The notes below the pieces were generated by a model. The model was given only the letters and a program-made list of their open reading frames with translations. It searched no databases and was not told the origin of the DNA. The position numbers were made by a program, and so were the translations under genes. Below, one piece after another: positions 28,217 through 40,718 of a stretch of DNA of 64,000 bases; the stretch's first letter is position 1; each line of letters starts with the position of its first letter. The stretch comes from the human T2T-CHM13v2.0 reference genome, Homo sapiens: assembly GCF_009914755.1 (NCBI RefSeq), contig NC_060933.1. One strand, given 5' to 3'.

Positions 28217-30284
28217 TTATTATTGCTGATTCAATTTTGGAATTCATTATTGATCTGTTCAGATAACCAGTTTCTCCCAGGTTCGAACTTCAGAGGTTGT
28301 ATATTTCCAGAAATTTACCCATTTTTTCTAGGCTTTTTAGTTTGTATGCATAGAGGTGTTCATAATAGCCTCTGAGTGTTTTTTGTATTTTTGTGGGGTT
28401 GGTGATAATGTCTTCTTTGTCATTTCAGAGTGTGTTTATTTGTATTGTCTCCTTTTTTTCTTTATTAATCTAGTAGCAGTCTATCAATCTTATTTATTCT
28501 TTCAAAAAAACAACTTTCGGTTTCATTTATCTTTTGTATGGATTTTTGTGTTTCAGTTTCATTTGGTTCATATCTGATTTTGGTTATTTCTTGTATTCTG
28601 CTAGATTTGGGATTGGTTTGCTCTTGTTTTTCTAGTTCCTCTTGGTGTGGTGTTAGGTTATTTGAAATCTTTCTGACTTTTTGATATAGGTGTTTAGTAC
28701 TAGTAACTTCCCTCTTAACACTGCTTTAGCTGTGGCCCAGAGATTTTGGTATGTTGTATCTTTGTTTTCATTAGTTTCAAAGGAGTTTTTGATTACTGAC
28801 CTTATTTCATTCTTTACCCAAAAGTCATTCAGGAGCAGGTTGTTTAATTTCCATGTAATTGTATGGTTTTGAGAGATCTTCTTGGTATTGATTTATATTT
28901 GTACTGCACTGTGGTCTGAGATGGTGGTTGGTATCATTTTGGGTTTTTTGAATTTGTCGAGAATTGCTTTGTGACTGAGCATATGGTTGATCTTAGAGAA
29001 TGTGCTGTGTGTGGATGAGAGGAAGGTATATTCTTTTGTTTTTGGGTAGAGTGTTCTGTAAATATCTGTTAAGTCCATTTGGTCAAGCATCAAGTTTAGG
29101 TCCTGAATATCTTTGTTAGTTTTCTTCCTTATTGATCTAACACTGTCAGTGGGATGTTGTACTCTCCCACTATTATTATGTGGTTATCTAAGTCTCTTCA
29201 TATGCCTCTAAGAACTTGTTTTTATGAATCTGGGTTCTCCATTGTTGGTGCACATATATTTAAGATAGTTAAGTCTTATTTTTGAATTGAATCCTTTATC
29301 ATTATGTAATGCTTTTCTTTGTCCTTTTTGATCATTGTTGGTCTAAAGCTCATTTTGTTTGAAATAAGAATGACAACCTTTGCTCTCTTTTGTTTTGCAT
29401 TTGCTTGATAGATCTTTCTCCATTCCTTTACTTTGTGCCTATGGGTGCCATTGCACGTGAGATGGGATTCTTGAAGACAGGATACAGTTGGGTCTTGATT
29501 CTTTATCCAACTTGCCACTCTGTGCCTTTTAAGTGGAGCATTTAGCCCGTTTACATTCTAGGTTAATATTGGTATGTGAGGATTTGATCCTATCAGTGAG
29601 TTGTTACGTTAACTGGTTGTTATGTGGACTTGATGGTATAGTTACTTTACAGTGTCAGTGGGCTAAGTAAGCACTACAGTTTGTGTTTTTGTGGTGGCAG
29701 GTAGCAGTTTTTTGTTTACATGTTTAGCATTCCCTTAAGAACCTCTTGAAAGGCAAGTCTCATGGTAACAAATTCTCTTAGCATTTGCTTATCTGAAAAG
29801 GATTTTATTTCTACTTCACTTATTCAGCTTAGTTTGGCTGAATATTTAATTCTCGTTTGAAATTTCTGTTCTTTGAGGATGCTGAATATAGGCCCCCAAT
29901 CTCTTCTGGCTTGTAAGATTTCTGCTGAAAGCTCTGCTGTTAGCCTGATGGGGTTCCCTTTGTACGTGATCTGCCTCTTCTCTCTAGCGGCCTTTAATAT
30001 TTTTATTTCACATTGACCTTGGAGATTCTGAAGACTATGTGTCTTGGGGATGGTAGTCTTATGTAGTATCTCGCAGAATTTCTCTGAATTTCCTGAACTT
30101 GCATGTTGACTTTTCCAGCAAGGTTGGGGAAATTTTCATGGACAATATCCTCAAATATATTTTCCAAGTTGCTTGCCCTCTCTCCCCCTCTCTCTTTCTA
30201 GGTTGCCAGAGAGTCATAGGTTTGTTCCTTTACATAATCTCGTATTTCTCAGCCATTTTGTTCATTTTTTAAAATTCTTTTTTC

Positions 30285-30593
30285 TTTTCTTTCTTTTCCT
30301 TTTTTTTTTTTTTTTGAGACAGAGTCTCACTCTGTCATCTAGGCTGGAGTGTAGTGGTGCAATCACAGATCACTGCATCCTTGAGCACCTGAGCTAAAGC
30401 AGTCCTCCCACTTCAGCCTCCTGTATAGCTGGGACTACAGGTGCATACCATTATACCTGGCAGATTTTTTTTTTATTATTTATAGTTCTCACTATGTTGT
30501 CTGGATAGGTCTTGAACTCCTGGGCTCGAACCATCCTCTTGCCTCAGCCTCTCAAAGTGCTGGGATTACAGAGATGAGCCACTGTGCCTGGCC
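30285..30593 (-). mobile_element. AluJ nested in L1 ORF1
   Basis: AluJ diagnostics (CTCCTGGGCTCGAA), T tail, TCTTTTTTCTT-like duplicated flanks. Confidence 0.9.
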
Positions 30594-33500
30594 TCTTTTT
30601 TCTTTATTTTTGTCTGACTGAGTTGATTCACAGAACCAGTCTTTGAGCTCTGATATTCTTTCCTCAGCTTGGTCTATTCTCTTGTTAATACTTCTGATTG
30701 TATTATGAAATTCTTATAGTGAGTTTTTCAGCTCTGGAAGATCAGTTTGGTTCTTTCCTAAAATGACTATTACATCTTTCAGCTCTTGTATCATTTTATG
30801 GGATTCCTTAGATTCAGCTTTCTCCTGAATCTCAATGATCTTCATTGCCATCCAGAATCTAAATTATTTGTTTGTCATTTTAGCTATCTCTGTCTGGTTA
30901 ACAACCATTACTGGGGAGCTAGTGTGTCATTTAGAGGTAAGAAGACACTCTTGCTTTTAGAATTGCCAGAGTTGTTTCACTGTTTCTCATCTGTATGAGT
31001 CAATGTTCCTTTAATCTTTGAAGTTGTTGTCCTTTGGATGCGGTTTTTTGCTTTCATATTCTTTGATTCCCTTGAGGATTTGACTGTGGTAAAAGTTGGG
31101 TTTAGTCAATTGGCCTCATTTCTGGATGATTTCAGGGGTCCAATGCTCAGCTCAGCACTCCTGGACTTCATGTTCTAAGCCTCGAGGGATGAGACCAGGC
31201 CTGCAGTTATTTTCTCTGGCCCCTTGAGGTTAAGCATCTGCTGTGCTGGCGGGGCCAAGATATTCCCAGTCTGCTGGCAACAACACTGCTGTGAAGCATG
31301 CCAGCAAAAATGATTTAGCAAGGAGGTGGTGAGCAGCAGGGGGTTCCTGCACATGCCCACCATTGGCAGTGGTCAACAGAGGTTTCTGCACACGTGTGCA
31401 TGCCTGCGGCAGTATATCAACCACTTTAAAGCTGGATTATTTGTCTTACTAGAGTTTTGAGTAGTTTTTTGTATTCTATATAAAAGTCCCCATCTGATAA
31501 ATTTTCTCCCATTCTGTGGGTGTTTTTTTTTTTTCACTTTCTTCTTGGTGAGAAGCACAACATTTTAAAGGACAAAATTTTTTAATTCTGGGGAAGTACA
31601 ATTTATCTGTTGTTTTCTTTTAGTTATCTTTTAGTCTTATTGCTAAAAAACTGACAAACTCAAAGTCAGAAAGATTTATTCCTATTTTTTGTTTAAAAGT
31701 TTTATAGTTTAAACTTTTACATTTAGGTCTTTGATCTATTTTGCATTCCTTTTGTGCACAGTGCAGAGGTCTAACTTAATCCTTTTCCAAGTGGATATCC
31801 AGTAGTCACAGCACCAATTGCTGAAAAGGCTATACTTTCCCTCATGTAACTGTCTTAGCACCCTTTTCAAAAATTAATTAACAATAAAAGTGAGAGTTCA
31901 TTTTTGGACCTCATTTTCATTCCATTGATCAATATAGCCATCTTTATGCCAGTACCATGCTATCTTGATTACTGTCGTAATAAATATAAAGTAAGTACTG
32001 AGTACACTTTGTAGTAAGTTTTGAAGTTGGGAAATGTGGGTCCTCCAACCTTATTCTTTTCTAAGATTGTTTTAGCTATTCTGATTTCCTTATATTTCCA
32101 TAAGGATTTTAGGGTCAGCTTTTCAATTTCTGCAAAAAGCCAGCTAGCAGTTTGATAGGGATTGCACTGAATCTGTAGGTCAATTTGGGGAGTATTGACA
32201 AGAATATTAAATCTTCCAATTCATGAATGTAAATGTCTTTCCACTTATGGAGGCTTTCCTTAAAATTTCCGTGTACAAATCTTGCACTATTTTGTTAAAT
32301 TTATTTCTAAGTATTTTATTCATTTTGAGGGTATTGCAAATTGAATTGTTTTTAAAATTTTATTTTCAAATTGTTACTTTTCTACAGAAATACAATTGAT
32401 TTTTTATATTATTTGTGTATCATGGACTCTTGTTTAATTTGATTATTGGTTCTGATAGTTTCTAATAGATTCTGTAAAATTTTTTAAGTGCAAAAAAAAT
32501 CATGTCAACTGCAAATAGAGTAGTTTTATTTCCTTGTCTCCAATCTGGAAGTCTTTTTCTCTTACTTGCATAATTGTTCTAGCTAGAACTTCCTACACAG
32601 TATTGAATAAAAGTGGCAAGAATGGATGCCCTTGTCTTGTTCCTAATCTTAAAGGGAAAGAAAACATGCTGGTGTTCACCATTAAACCTAATGTAAGTTG
32701 CAGGTTTTTCATACATGATCTTCATGATCTTTGTCAGGTTGAGAAAGTTTCTTTCTTTTCCTGGTTGGGATTTTCTCAAATGCTTTTTCTGCACCTATTA
32801 TTTTGTCCTTTATTTTAATAGTATGTTGTATTATATTGATTCATTTTTGTATGTTGAACCAATCTTACATTCCTGAGATAAATCACATTTGGTAATGGTG
32901 TATGATCCTTTTTCTACGCTGCTAGATTCTTACCAATATTTAGTTGATTTTGTTGATTATTTCCTCATTTGCTGTATGTACTAATACAATTTCCATGGAC
33001 TTTACATTTTTGTGTTTTACAATTTTCACTGGTTAAATTGTTGTTTTACTGAAAAGAGAGTCGGCCAAGCTCCTTATTCTGTCATTCTGAAAGATTCCAT
33101 TTCATTCTTTCTTATTGTTATACAGTATCCAATTGCATGATGTTCTAAAACTTATGTGTTCAACTTTTATGGATAGTTGGTTTGTTTCCAGTTATTTTGG
33201 TTACTATGAATTCTGCTTATGTCTCCTGAAACAAATATGCAAGAGTTCTATACTGTATAAATATACACACATGTCAGTTATGGTATATGTACATCTTCAA
33301 TTTTATCGGATAATGTCAGATTATCCAATGGTAAGTGCTTATAGAGTTCATGCTATTACTTATCTTCCCAACACTGCATATTGTCAGACTTCTTAGGTTT
33401 TACCAATATGGTGGGTGTGAAATGTTATCCTGTTGTAATTTTAAGTTTTATATACTTGAATACTACTGAGGTTAAGCATTTATTTATACCATTTTATTAG

Positions 33501-33690
33501 CATTAATGCCTTTGCTTCTGTTTATGTATCTAAACACACACACACACCCACACAGACATACAATCTTTCCATTGGATTATTTGAATTTACTGATTTGAAG
33601 TTATATTTTCTAGACAACAAATCTTTATTGAATATATGTATTAAAAATATAAATATTTTGTCCTCATTTGTTATTTGTCTTTTCATTTTC

Positions 33691-33692
<2 letters not shown>

Positions 33693-33734
<42 letters not shown>
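33693..33734 (+). repeat. (TG)21 microsatellite
   Basis: Counted directly. Confidence 0.97.
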
Positions 33735-33737
<3 letters not shown>

Positions 33738-33918
33738 CTTTTCTTGTTATATTTTGTTTTATTTTAAGTTCTGGGGTACATATGCAGGATATGCAGGTTT
33801 GTTACATAGGTAAACATGTACCATGGTGATTTGCTGCACAGACCAACCCATCACCTGAGTATTCACCCCAGCATGCATTAGCTATTTTTCCTGATGGTCT
33901 CCATCCCCCTGCCCCATG
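33738..33918 (-). mobile_element. Short L1PA10/11-like 3' UTR insertion
   Basis: TTTTAAGTTCTGGGGTACATATGCAGG...GGTTTGTTACATAGGTAAACATG. Confidence 0.85.
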
Positions 33919-34378
33919 CTTTGTGTGTTTTTTAATCAAAAGTAAATCTCAACTTAAATGTATTTTAATTTATCAAGACTTTCCTTTGTGGTTTCCATTC
34001 TGAAGGTTTTATTTAGGAAATCCTTTCTTACACTGAAGGTTTTATTCTGAAGGTTTTATTTAAGAAATCCTTTCTTACACCATAGTCACCAATATATATT
34101 TGTACCTTTGCTTCTACTAATATAAGCTTTAAAATTTGGGCTTTCGCAAGAAAATTCTTAAGCCACCTAGAATTAATTTTTGGATATGATGTGAGTTAGA
34201 AATTTTATTTCTTTTTGTTTGTTTGTTTTGTGTTTCTTCTTTTAGATAAGAAATTTTCTCAGTACAATGTATTGAATAGTCGTTTTTTAACCCACTGATC
34301 TACAATACCAGTTTTGTCATATCACGAGATTACATATATACCTAGATCTGTTTCTATACCCTTTATCATACTGGTCTA

Positions 34379-34820
34379 TGTGCTGGTTAATACTGTCAAC
34401 TTTATTGGATTGAAAGATACAAAGTATTGATCCTGCGTGTGTCTGTGAGGGTGTTACCAAAGGAGATTAACATTTAAGTCAATGGGCTAAGAAAGGCAGA
34501 CCCACCCTTAATCTGGTTGGGCACAATCTAATCAGCTGCCAGCGAGGCTAGAATATAAGCAGGCAGAAAAATGTGAAAAGAGAGACTGGCCTAGCCTCCC
34601 AGCCTACATCTTTCTCCCGTGCTGGATGCTTCCTGCCCTCAAATATCAGACTCAAAGTTCCTCAGTTTTGAAACTTGGACTGGCTCTTCTTGTTGCTCAG
34701 CCTGCAGACAACCTATTGTGAGACCTTGTGATCATGTGAGTTAATACTTAGTAAACTCCCCTTTTTATATATATGTATTTCCCATTAGTTCTGTGCCTCT
34801 AGAGAAACCTGACTAATATA
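34379..34820 (+). mobile_element. ERVL solo LTR, MLT2A1-like
   Basis: Full LTR text (GATTGAAAGATACAAAGTATTGATCCTG...CTAGAGAAACCTGACTAATA) with exact 5-bp TSD GTCTA at 34374-34378 and 34821-34825. Confidence 0.92.
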
Positions 34821-36250
34821 GTCTATTTGTCTCTTCTTGAACCAATATGACACTGTATTACTTATAACTCTGTAACAAAGTCTTGATAATCTAGTAAGAT
34901 AAGTGTCTCTGTCTGATTCTTCTTCAAAATGGTTTTGTCTATTCTTGATCCTATAAGATTTTATAAATTATAAAATCACACTGCAAGTTCCAAAAATTTT
35001 TTTTTTAATTTTTATTGGAATTACATTAAATTTCTATATTGAGTTTGGGATGATTGAACCTTCCTTTGCATGAATATGATATTTCTCTCCGTTTATGTAA
35101 TTTTTAAGTACAATATAATACAATTTTTTATTTTATTTTTCAGCTTTTGGAAATGTTTTGATTAAGTTTATTCATAAGTACTTTGTGGGGTTTTTTTTGG
35201 TTCTTTTTCTAAGTTGTACCTTTTTTAGTTCATTTTCTAATTGTTGTTAAAGGCACTTAGGAATGACATTGATTTTACACATAGCTCTTCTACCTGTCAA
35301 TCTTGCTAAACTTCTTTCTTGATTCTACAAATCAGTCGGTTTTGGTTTTCTATGTAAACAATGATACCATTTGGACTTAATCACAGTTTTTCTTCTTTTA
35401 CATCCTTATGAATTATTTTTCTTCTTTTAATGTGGTCATATTGACCAGAAGTGGTGATAGTGGTCATTTCTCCTTTGTTCTTGACTTTAAGGCAAATTCT
35501 TTAAACTTTTCATCATCAAGAATGATCTTTGCTGTGAAATATTTGTAGCTACTTTTATCAATTTAGAAATTTCCTCTCTGTTTCTAGTTTTCTACCATGT
35601 GAATATTAGCAAATGGTAAAATCAGCATGCTCAGATGGTTTTTTTCCTTTAATCTGTCAATGTGGTGAAGTAAATAAATTTTATAACATTAAACCAAACA
35701 TATATTTCTTATGTAAAACCAGCTCAGTCCTTATTTATTATCACTTGTTGATGTTTCTGGATTTTATTTATTAGTATTTTGATTGCATCTACATTCATAG
35801 ATATGATTGGCCTATGATTTTATTTCTTGTATTGTCCTTGTATCTGGGTATTATATTACAGTTATATCAACTTCATAAAATGAGTTAGAGAATTCCCTAT
35901 ATTTTCTGTTCTCTGGAAGCATTTATGAATATTTGGAATTACAATGTTTGTTAGAACTTGCCAGTATAACTTGCTAGGAAGCCTTTAAATTTTTGATTCT
36001 GTTCTTTTAATGATCAGAACATATTTGCATTTTATATTTAATTTTGATACTTTCTTGAAGATATATTTTCCCAAAATTTGTTCATTAGGCCAAAATTTTA
36101 AAACTTTATTTATATAAAATAGGACACTATTTTATTAAACTATTTTTTACTATTTTTTATTTTTTAAAGTTCTGTTTCCTATGTATTTGTGACCCTTTTA
36201 ATTTCTCTTATTATTTCTTACTCCATTTTTTTCTTTATTACTCTCATTAG

Positions 36251-36545
<295 letters not shown>

Positions 36546-37115
36546 GATCTGTTATTTTTAACAGTCTATTAACTCTCTTGATCCTCTCTATTCCATCTTC
36601 CCTAATTCATTAATTTATGTTCATATTTATTATCTTCCCTAGTCTACTTTTTTTGGTTTTATTGCTCTTACTTCCCAAGTTGAATACTTGGCTCATTAAT
36701 TTTTGGCCTTTCTTGTTTTCTAATATAAGGCTACATATTTCTACATATTTCTAAGTTCCACTTTATTAGCATTTTTCAAATTTCAAATTATTTACTAGAA
36801 GTATCTTCAATATCACTCAATTTTAATTATGTTTTAAGTTTCATCATGGTTTTTTTTTAAGTTTTTTGTTTCTAATTACAAGAAGATTTTTAAAGTTATC
36901 TTTATTTGTACTGGAATTCTTTGGGGTTCAGATAAAGCTATGTTTCTAATTACTCACCAAGGATCACCTTGTAGGAAATCCATTTCCTTTTCACTTGAAA
37001 ACCTCTGGTCTCCCTGAGAGCTGCTTTCTATAAGTTTTCCTAACAGTCACAGGTCATATAGAAATCTGTCTCTAATCCTGGCTTCTCTCTTTTTTTTTTC
37101 TTTTCTGTTCCTTCC

Positions 37116-37511
37116 TATCTTAGTTTTCTGCTGCTATAACAGAACACCACAGACTAGGTACCTTATAAAGAATAGAAGTTTATTTGGCTCATCATTCTGG
37201 GGGCTGCAAAGTCCAAGAGCATGGTGCTGGCATCTGTCAAGCGTCACCCTATGGTGAGAGGCATCATATGACAAAGAAGCACATGCAAGAGAGACAGAGA
37301 GAGAGAAACTGGGGAACAAACTTATCTTTTTATCAGAAGCTCACTTCTGAGATAACTAACCCACTTCCAAGATGACAACATGGATCCTTTTACGAGGGTG
37401 TAACCCTTATGACCTAATCACCCCTTAAAGGTCCCACCTCTTAATATCATTGCACTGGGGAACTAAGTTTCCAACCCATGAACTTTGGGGGAACACACTC
37501 AAACCATAGGA
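37116..37511 (-). mobile_element. MaLR solo LTR (MSTD/MLT1A-like)
   Basis: CTGCTATAACAGAACACCACAGACTAGGT...AAGTCCAAGAGCATGGTGCTGGCATCTG...CAAACCATAG. Confidence 0.85.
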
Positions 37512-38076
37512 AATTCCCATGTTCCTCTTGAGAGCATCTGTAACCTAATGTCTTAAGGTCTTCACAGGTGTGTGTGTCTTTTTCACTATCTCTTAGCTTT
37601 CCCCTACTGCCATTCAGAGTCAAAGGCAATGCCAGAAAGCTCCCAGAAATCCCTGCACTTAGTCCTGATGCTCTTTGACCTTTCTTATGTGACGAGTTGC
37701 ACCTCCAATCTTTTTATGCTTTGAAACCTTTTTCATCCAGTTAGTTGTGTTTTTGTCCATTCCACTGTCATGGCTTCCTATCTTGGGTCCTGATTCACTC
37801 AACTTCTCCAACTTCCTTCATGTTAGTTTCATATATAATTAGAAATGCCACCCCAAAACACCAAAACACACAAATACACACACTCATACTTTGCAATTTA
37901 GCCTAGTTTCCATGAGTACCACTGGCCATATGCTTTCTATGTTTCCTTCCTAAGCCTGAGTCTTATGTTTCTATGGTTTGTTCCTTGTAATTTTCCTCAC
38001 CCACATTCTTTTATTCCCTATACTTTTCCTTTATTTATATTTCTTATTCTGTATAGAAATGAAATGTTACAGTTTT

Positions 38077-38821
38077 TAAAATTTTTTTAAATGTGGGTAC
38101 ATAGGAGGTGTATATATTTACGGGGTACATGAGATGTTTTGATAAAAGCATGCAATGTCAAATAAGCACACCATGGGGAATGGGGTGTCCATCCCCTCAA
38201 ACATTTATCCTTTCAATTACAAATAATCCAATTATATTCTTTAAGTTATTTTGAAATGTACAATTAAGTTATTATTGACTATAGTCACCATATTGTGCTA
38301 TCAAAAAGCAGGTCTTATTCATCTTTCTAATTTGTTTGTACTCATTAACCGTCCTCACCTCCCCCCAGCCCCCTACTACCCTTCCCAGCCTCTAGTAACC
38401 ATTCTTCTACTCTCTATGTTCATGAGTTCAATTGTTTTGATTTTTTAGCTCATAAATAAGTAAGAACATGCAATGTTTGTTTTTCTGTGCCTGGCTTATT
38501 TCACTTAACATTGTCATCTCCAGTTCCATCCATGTTGTTGCAAATGACAGGACCTCGTTCCTTTTTATGGGTGAATATTACTTCATTGTTCAGAGGTACC
38601 ACATTTTCTTTATCCGTTCTTTTGTTGGTGGACACTTAGGTTGTTTCCAAGTGTTGTTTATTGTCAATAGTGTTGCAACGAACATGGAAGTGCAGATATC
38701 TCGTCAATGTACTGATTACGTTTCTTTTGGGTATATACCCAGTAGTGGGATTGCTGGATCATATAGTAGCTCTATATTTAGTTTTTTGAGGAACCTTCAA
38801 ACTGTTCACCATAGTGGTTGT
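38077..38821 (-). mobile_element. 5'-truncated L1MA1-like 3' end
   Basis: TSD AAATGTTACAGTTTT (38062-38076) / AAATGCTACAGTTTT (38822-38836); L1MA1-type 3' UTR. Confidence 0.88.
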
Positions 38822-38844
38822 AAATGCTACAGTTTTAATTCTTA

Positions 38845-39075
38845 ATGGCAGTTCTTACTATTAGTATGTACCAGGTACTACTCTTAGCTCTTTACAACTA
38901 TCACCTCAGTTAATAGTCCTGCCTCAGGGATAGGAAATATTACTACCATCCCATTTTATAACTGTAGCAACTGAAGCAAGGGAGAATGAACAAATTGTCC
39001 AAGGGAAACAGCTAGTTAAATGGTGGCACTGAGATTTAAACCCAAACCCAAGTAATCTGGTTCTAATAATCCTCT
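38845..39075 (-). mobile_element. MIR
   Basis: CCCATTTTATAACTGTAGCAACTGAAGC...CCAAGGGAAACAGCTAG...GAGATTTAAACCC core. Confidence 0.7.
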
Positions 39076-39099
39076 TGAAGGCTACTCCATGGTGCCCTT

Positions 39100-39340
39100 G
39101 TGAAGCCCTCTCTTGCCATTACTCAGAATTGCTCTCTTCCTCCTCTGAGCTCCCACTGAACCTTACTGTCTTGCTACCAGGTGCGGAAGGGAGACTTTCT
39201 TATAAGTTAGTTCAGTGTATGTCTCTTATGCAAGGTAATGTGGTCCTCAAGGGCAGAGATTGTTCTACACCCATTCTCAGAACCAACTCTCAGGTTGTGC
39301 ACAGTATAACCATTCAACAAGTGCTTATTGAATAAATGAA
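39100..39340 (+). mobile_element. L2 3' end fragment
   Basis: CTCAAGGGCAGAGATTG...GCTTATTGAATAAATGAA. Confidence 0.6.
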
Positions 39341-39769
39341 GACCTTTAATTATGAGGTCACTCAGAAGGCCGCAACAGTACAAGAGAAAAAGAGAGAATT
39401 TTGATTTGGAAAAACCAAGTTAGAATTCAAGTATTTGATAGTTATATAACCTTGCATAAGTCACCTTATCTTCATCCTCTCAATTCTCTTAAGAAAAAAT
39501 AGAAATAATGTCATCTAATTCATGCAATCTAAGTGTTTGGTTTCATATGTATTTTACATGAATTGTTACACAATCCCCCAGTCTTTCCTTTTCCTAAACC
39601 ATAGGTCCGTGAGCCATTCTAACAATCCTTTGTTAACTCTGCAAAGCCCTCTCCTATTGGAACAAACTTAGATTCACTTCTTCCCTGCATTCTATAATAA
39701 CTCCATTATATGGGCTGTAAGTTTTTAAGCATGCCAGGAGCAGCAATGTTTCTATATTGAACATTGTAG

Positions 39770-40265
39770 TGCTAGATTGTGCTACTGTCACCTTGGTTAC
39801 ATTAGGAACTAGGATTTCTTTCTCCCTTGGTAGCTGATTAGAGCTGACCAAAGGAGAAACTTGCATGATATTTGAGAGACAATGTGAAGCAACTATCATT
39901 ACTCTGAGAAAACCTTTTTCAAAACCAGGCACTATCATGGAAAGATGCAGAAATGCCTAGCAGTTCCTATCTTGCCTCAAGTTTCCTGTGCTCAACATCC
40001 AGTTGTTTCCTTGAATGCTGGCTATGCTAATGAATAGCAGACCAGACCCACCCCAGACGCTCAATATAGAGGCAACATAGATCCCTTAACAGACTATCTT
40101 TAGTATTAGAATACACTCAGTTTCTTGGATTTCCCTGCAAGCACCCACTTGTCCACACATGCCAATCTCCTGATAACTGGATAGTAGCTCAGTCTCTAAT
40201 ATTCCAACTGCCCCTTTCCAGATCTTTGCTTCCCCAGCTCCTCCCACATTTGTACAAGGTCAAGA
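39770..40265 (+). mobile_element. Old ERVL LTR remnant (MLT2E-like)
   Basis: CTTCCCCAGCTCCTCCCACATTTGTACAAGGTC resembles the MLT2 3' part. Confidence 0.4.
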
Positions 40266-40291
40266 TATACATGCACTGTGTCTAGTTTGGG

Positions 40292-40333
40292 GTGCGTGTG
40301 TGTGTGTGTATGTGTGTGTGTGTGTATGTATGT
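40292..40333 (+). repeat. Imperfect (TG)n
   Basis: Visible directly in the sequence. Confidence 0.85.
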
Positions 40334-40558
40334 AGTGCCTGGCATAGAGGAGATCCCCAATAAATGTTTGTTAAATGAATGAATGTGAATGTACTTACTG
40401 ATTTAATTCCCTTATGTGATATTTTCTGTTTCATTTTATTTTTAGAACTCACTACATAATATACTGCATGCTACATAATATGCTGCATGACCTTCTGGCA
40501 GGAGTAGATAACCATAACTGACTTATTCCTCTGTAAGACTGTTGGACCTCTAAGATGA

Positions 40559-40640
40559 GAGACTGCAAGCGCACAGGGAGGCGAGGCTATGTGTTTGAGG
40601 CCAACCTGGTCAACACTGACCAAAAAAAAAAAAAAAAAAA
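40559..40640 (+). mobile_element. Internally deleted Alu-left-monomer derivative with A19 tail (snaR/ASR/CAS-like)
   Basis: GGGAGGCGAGGCT joined almost directly to a B-box-like GTGTTTGAGGCCAACCTGGTCAACA, then A19. Confidence 0.5.
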
Positions 40641-40718
40641 TGAGCCAAAATTGCACCACAGCACTCCAGCCTGGGCAGCAGAGTGAGACTCCATCTCAAA
40701 AAAAAAAAAAAAAAAAAA
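40641..40718 (+). mobile_element. Alu 3'-terminal fragment with A21 tail
   Basis: TGAGCCAAAATTGCACCACAGCACTCCAGCCTGGGCAGCAGAGTGAGACTCCATCTC followed by an A run. Confidence 0.9.

Larger units (their letters stand above)
25191..31412 (-). mobile_element. L1PA15/16-like LINE-1 (3'UTR, ORF2, ORF1, partial 5'UTR), disrupted
   Basis: 3' UTR GAGCATAGTACCTAACAGGTAG...CCCACCCTCCACTCTCAAGTA; ORF2 fragments from 25715 to 29518. Confidence 0.88.
24976..33091 (-). mobile_element. Old L1MB/L1M4-like element (pieces 24976-25190 and ~31415-33091) split by a younger L1
   Basis: ORF2-like text (track ORFs 24860..25144 and 32579..32794) resumes collinearly after 31415. An L1M-type 5' end lies near 33091. Confidence 0.65.
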
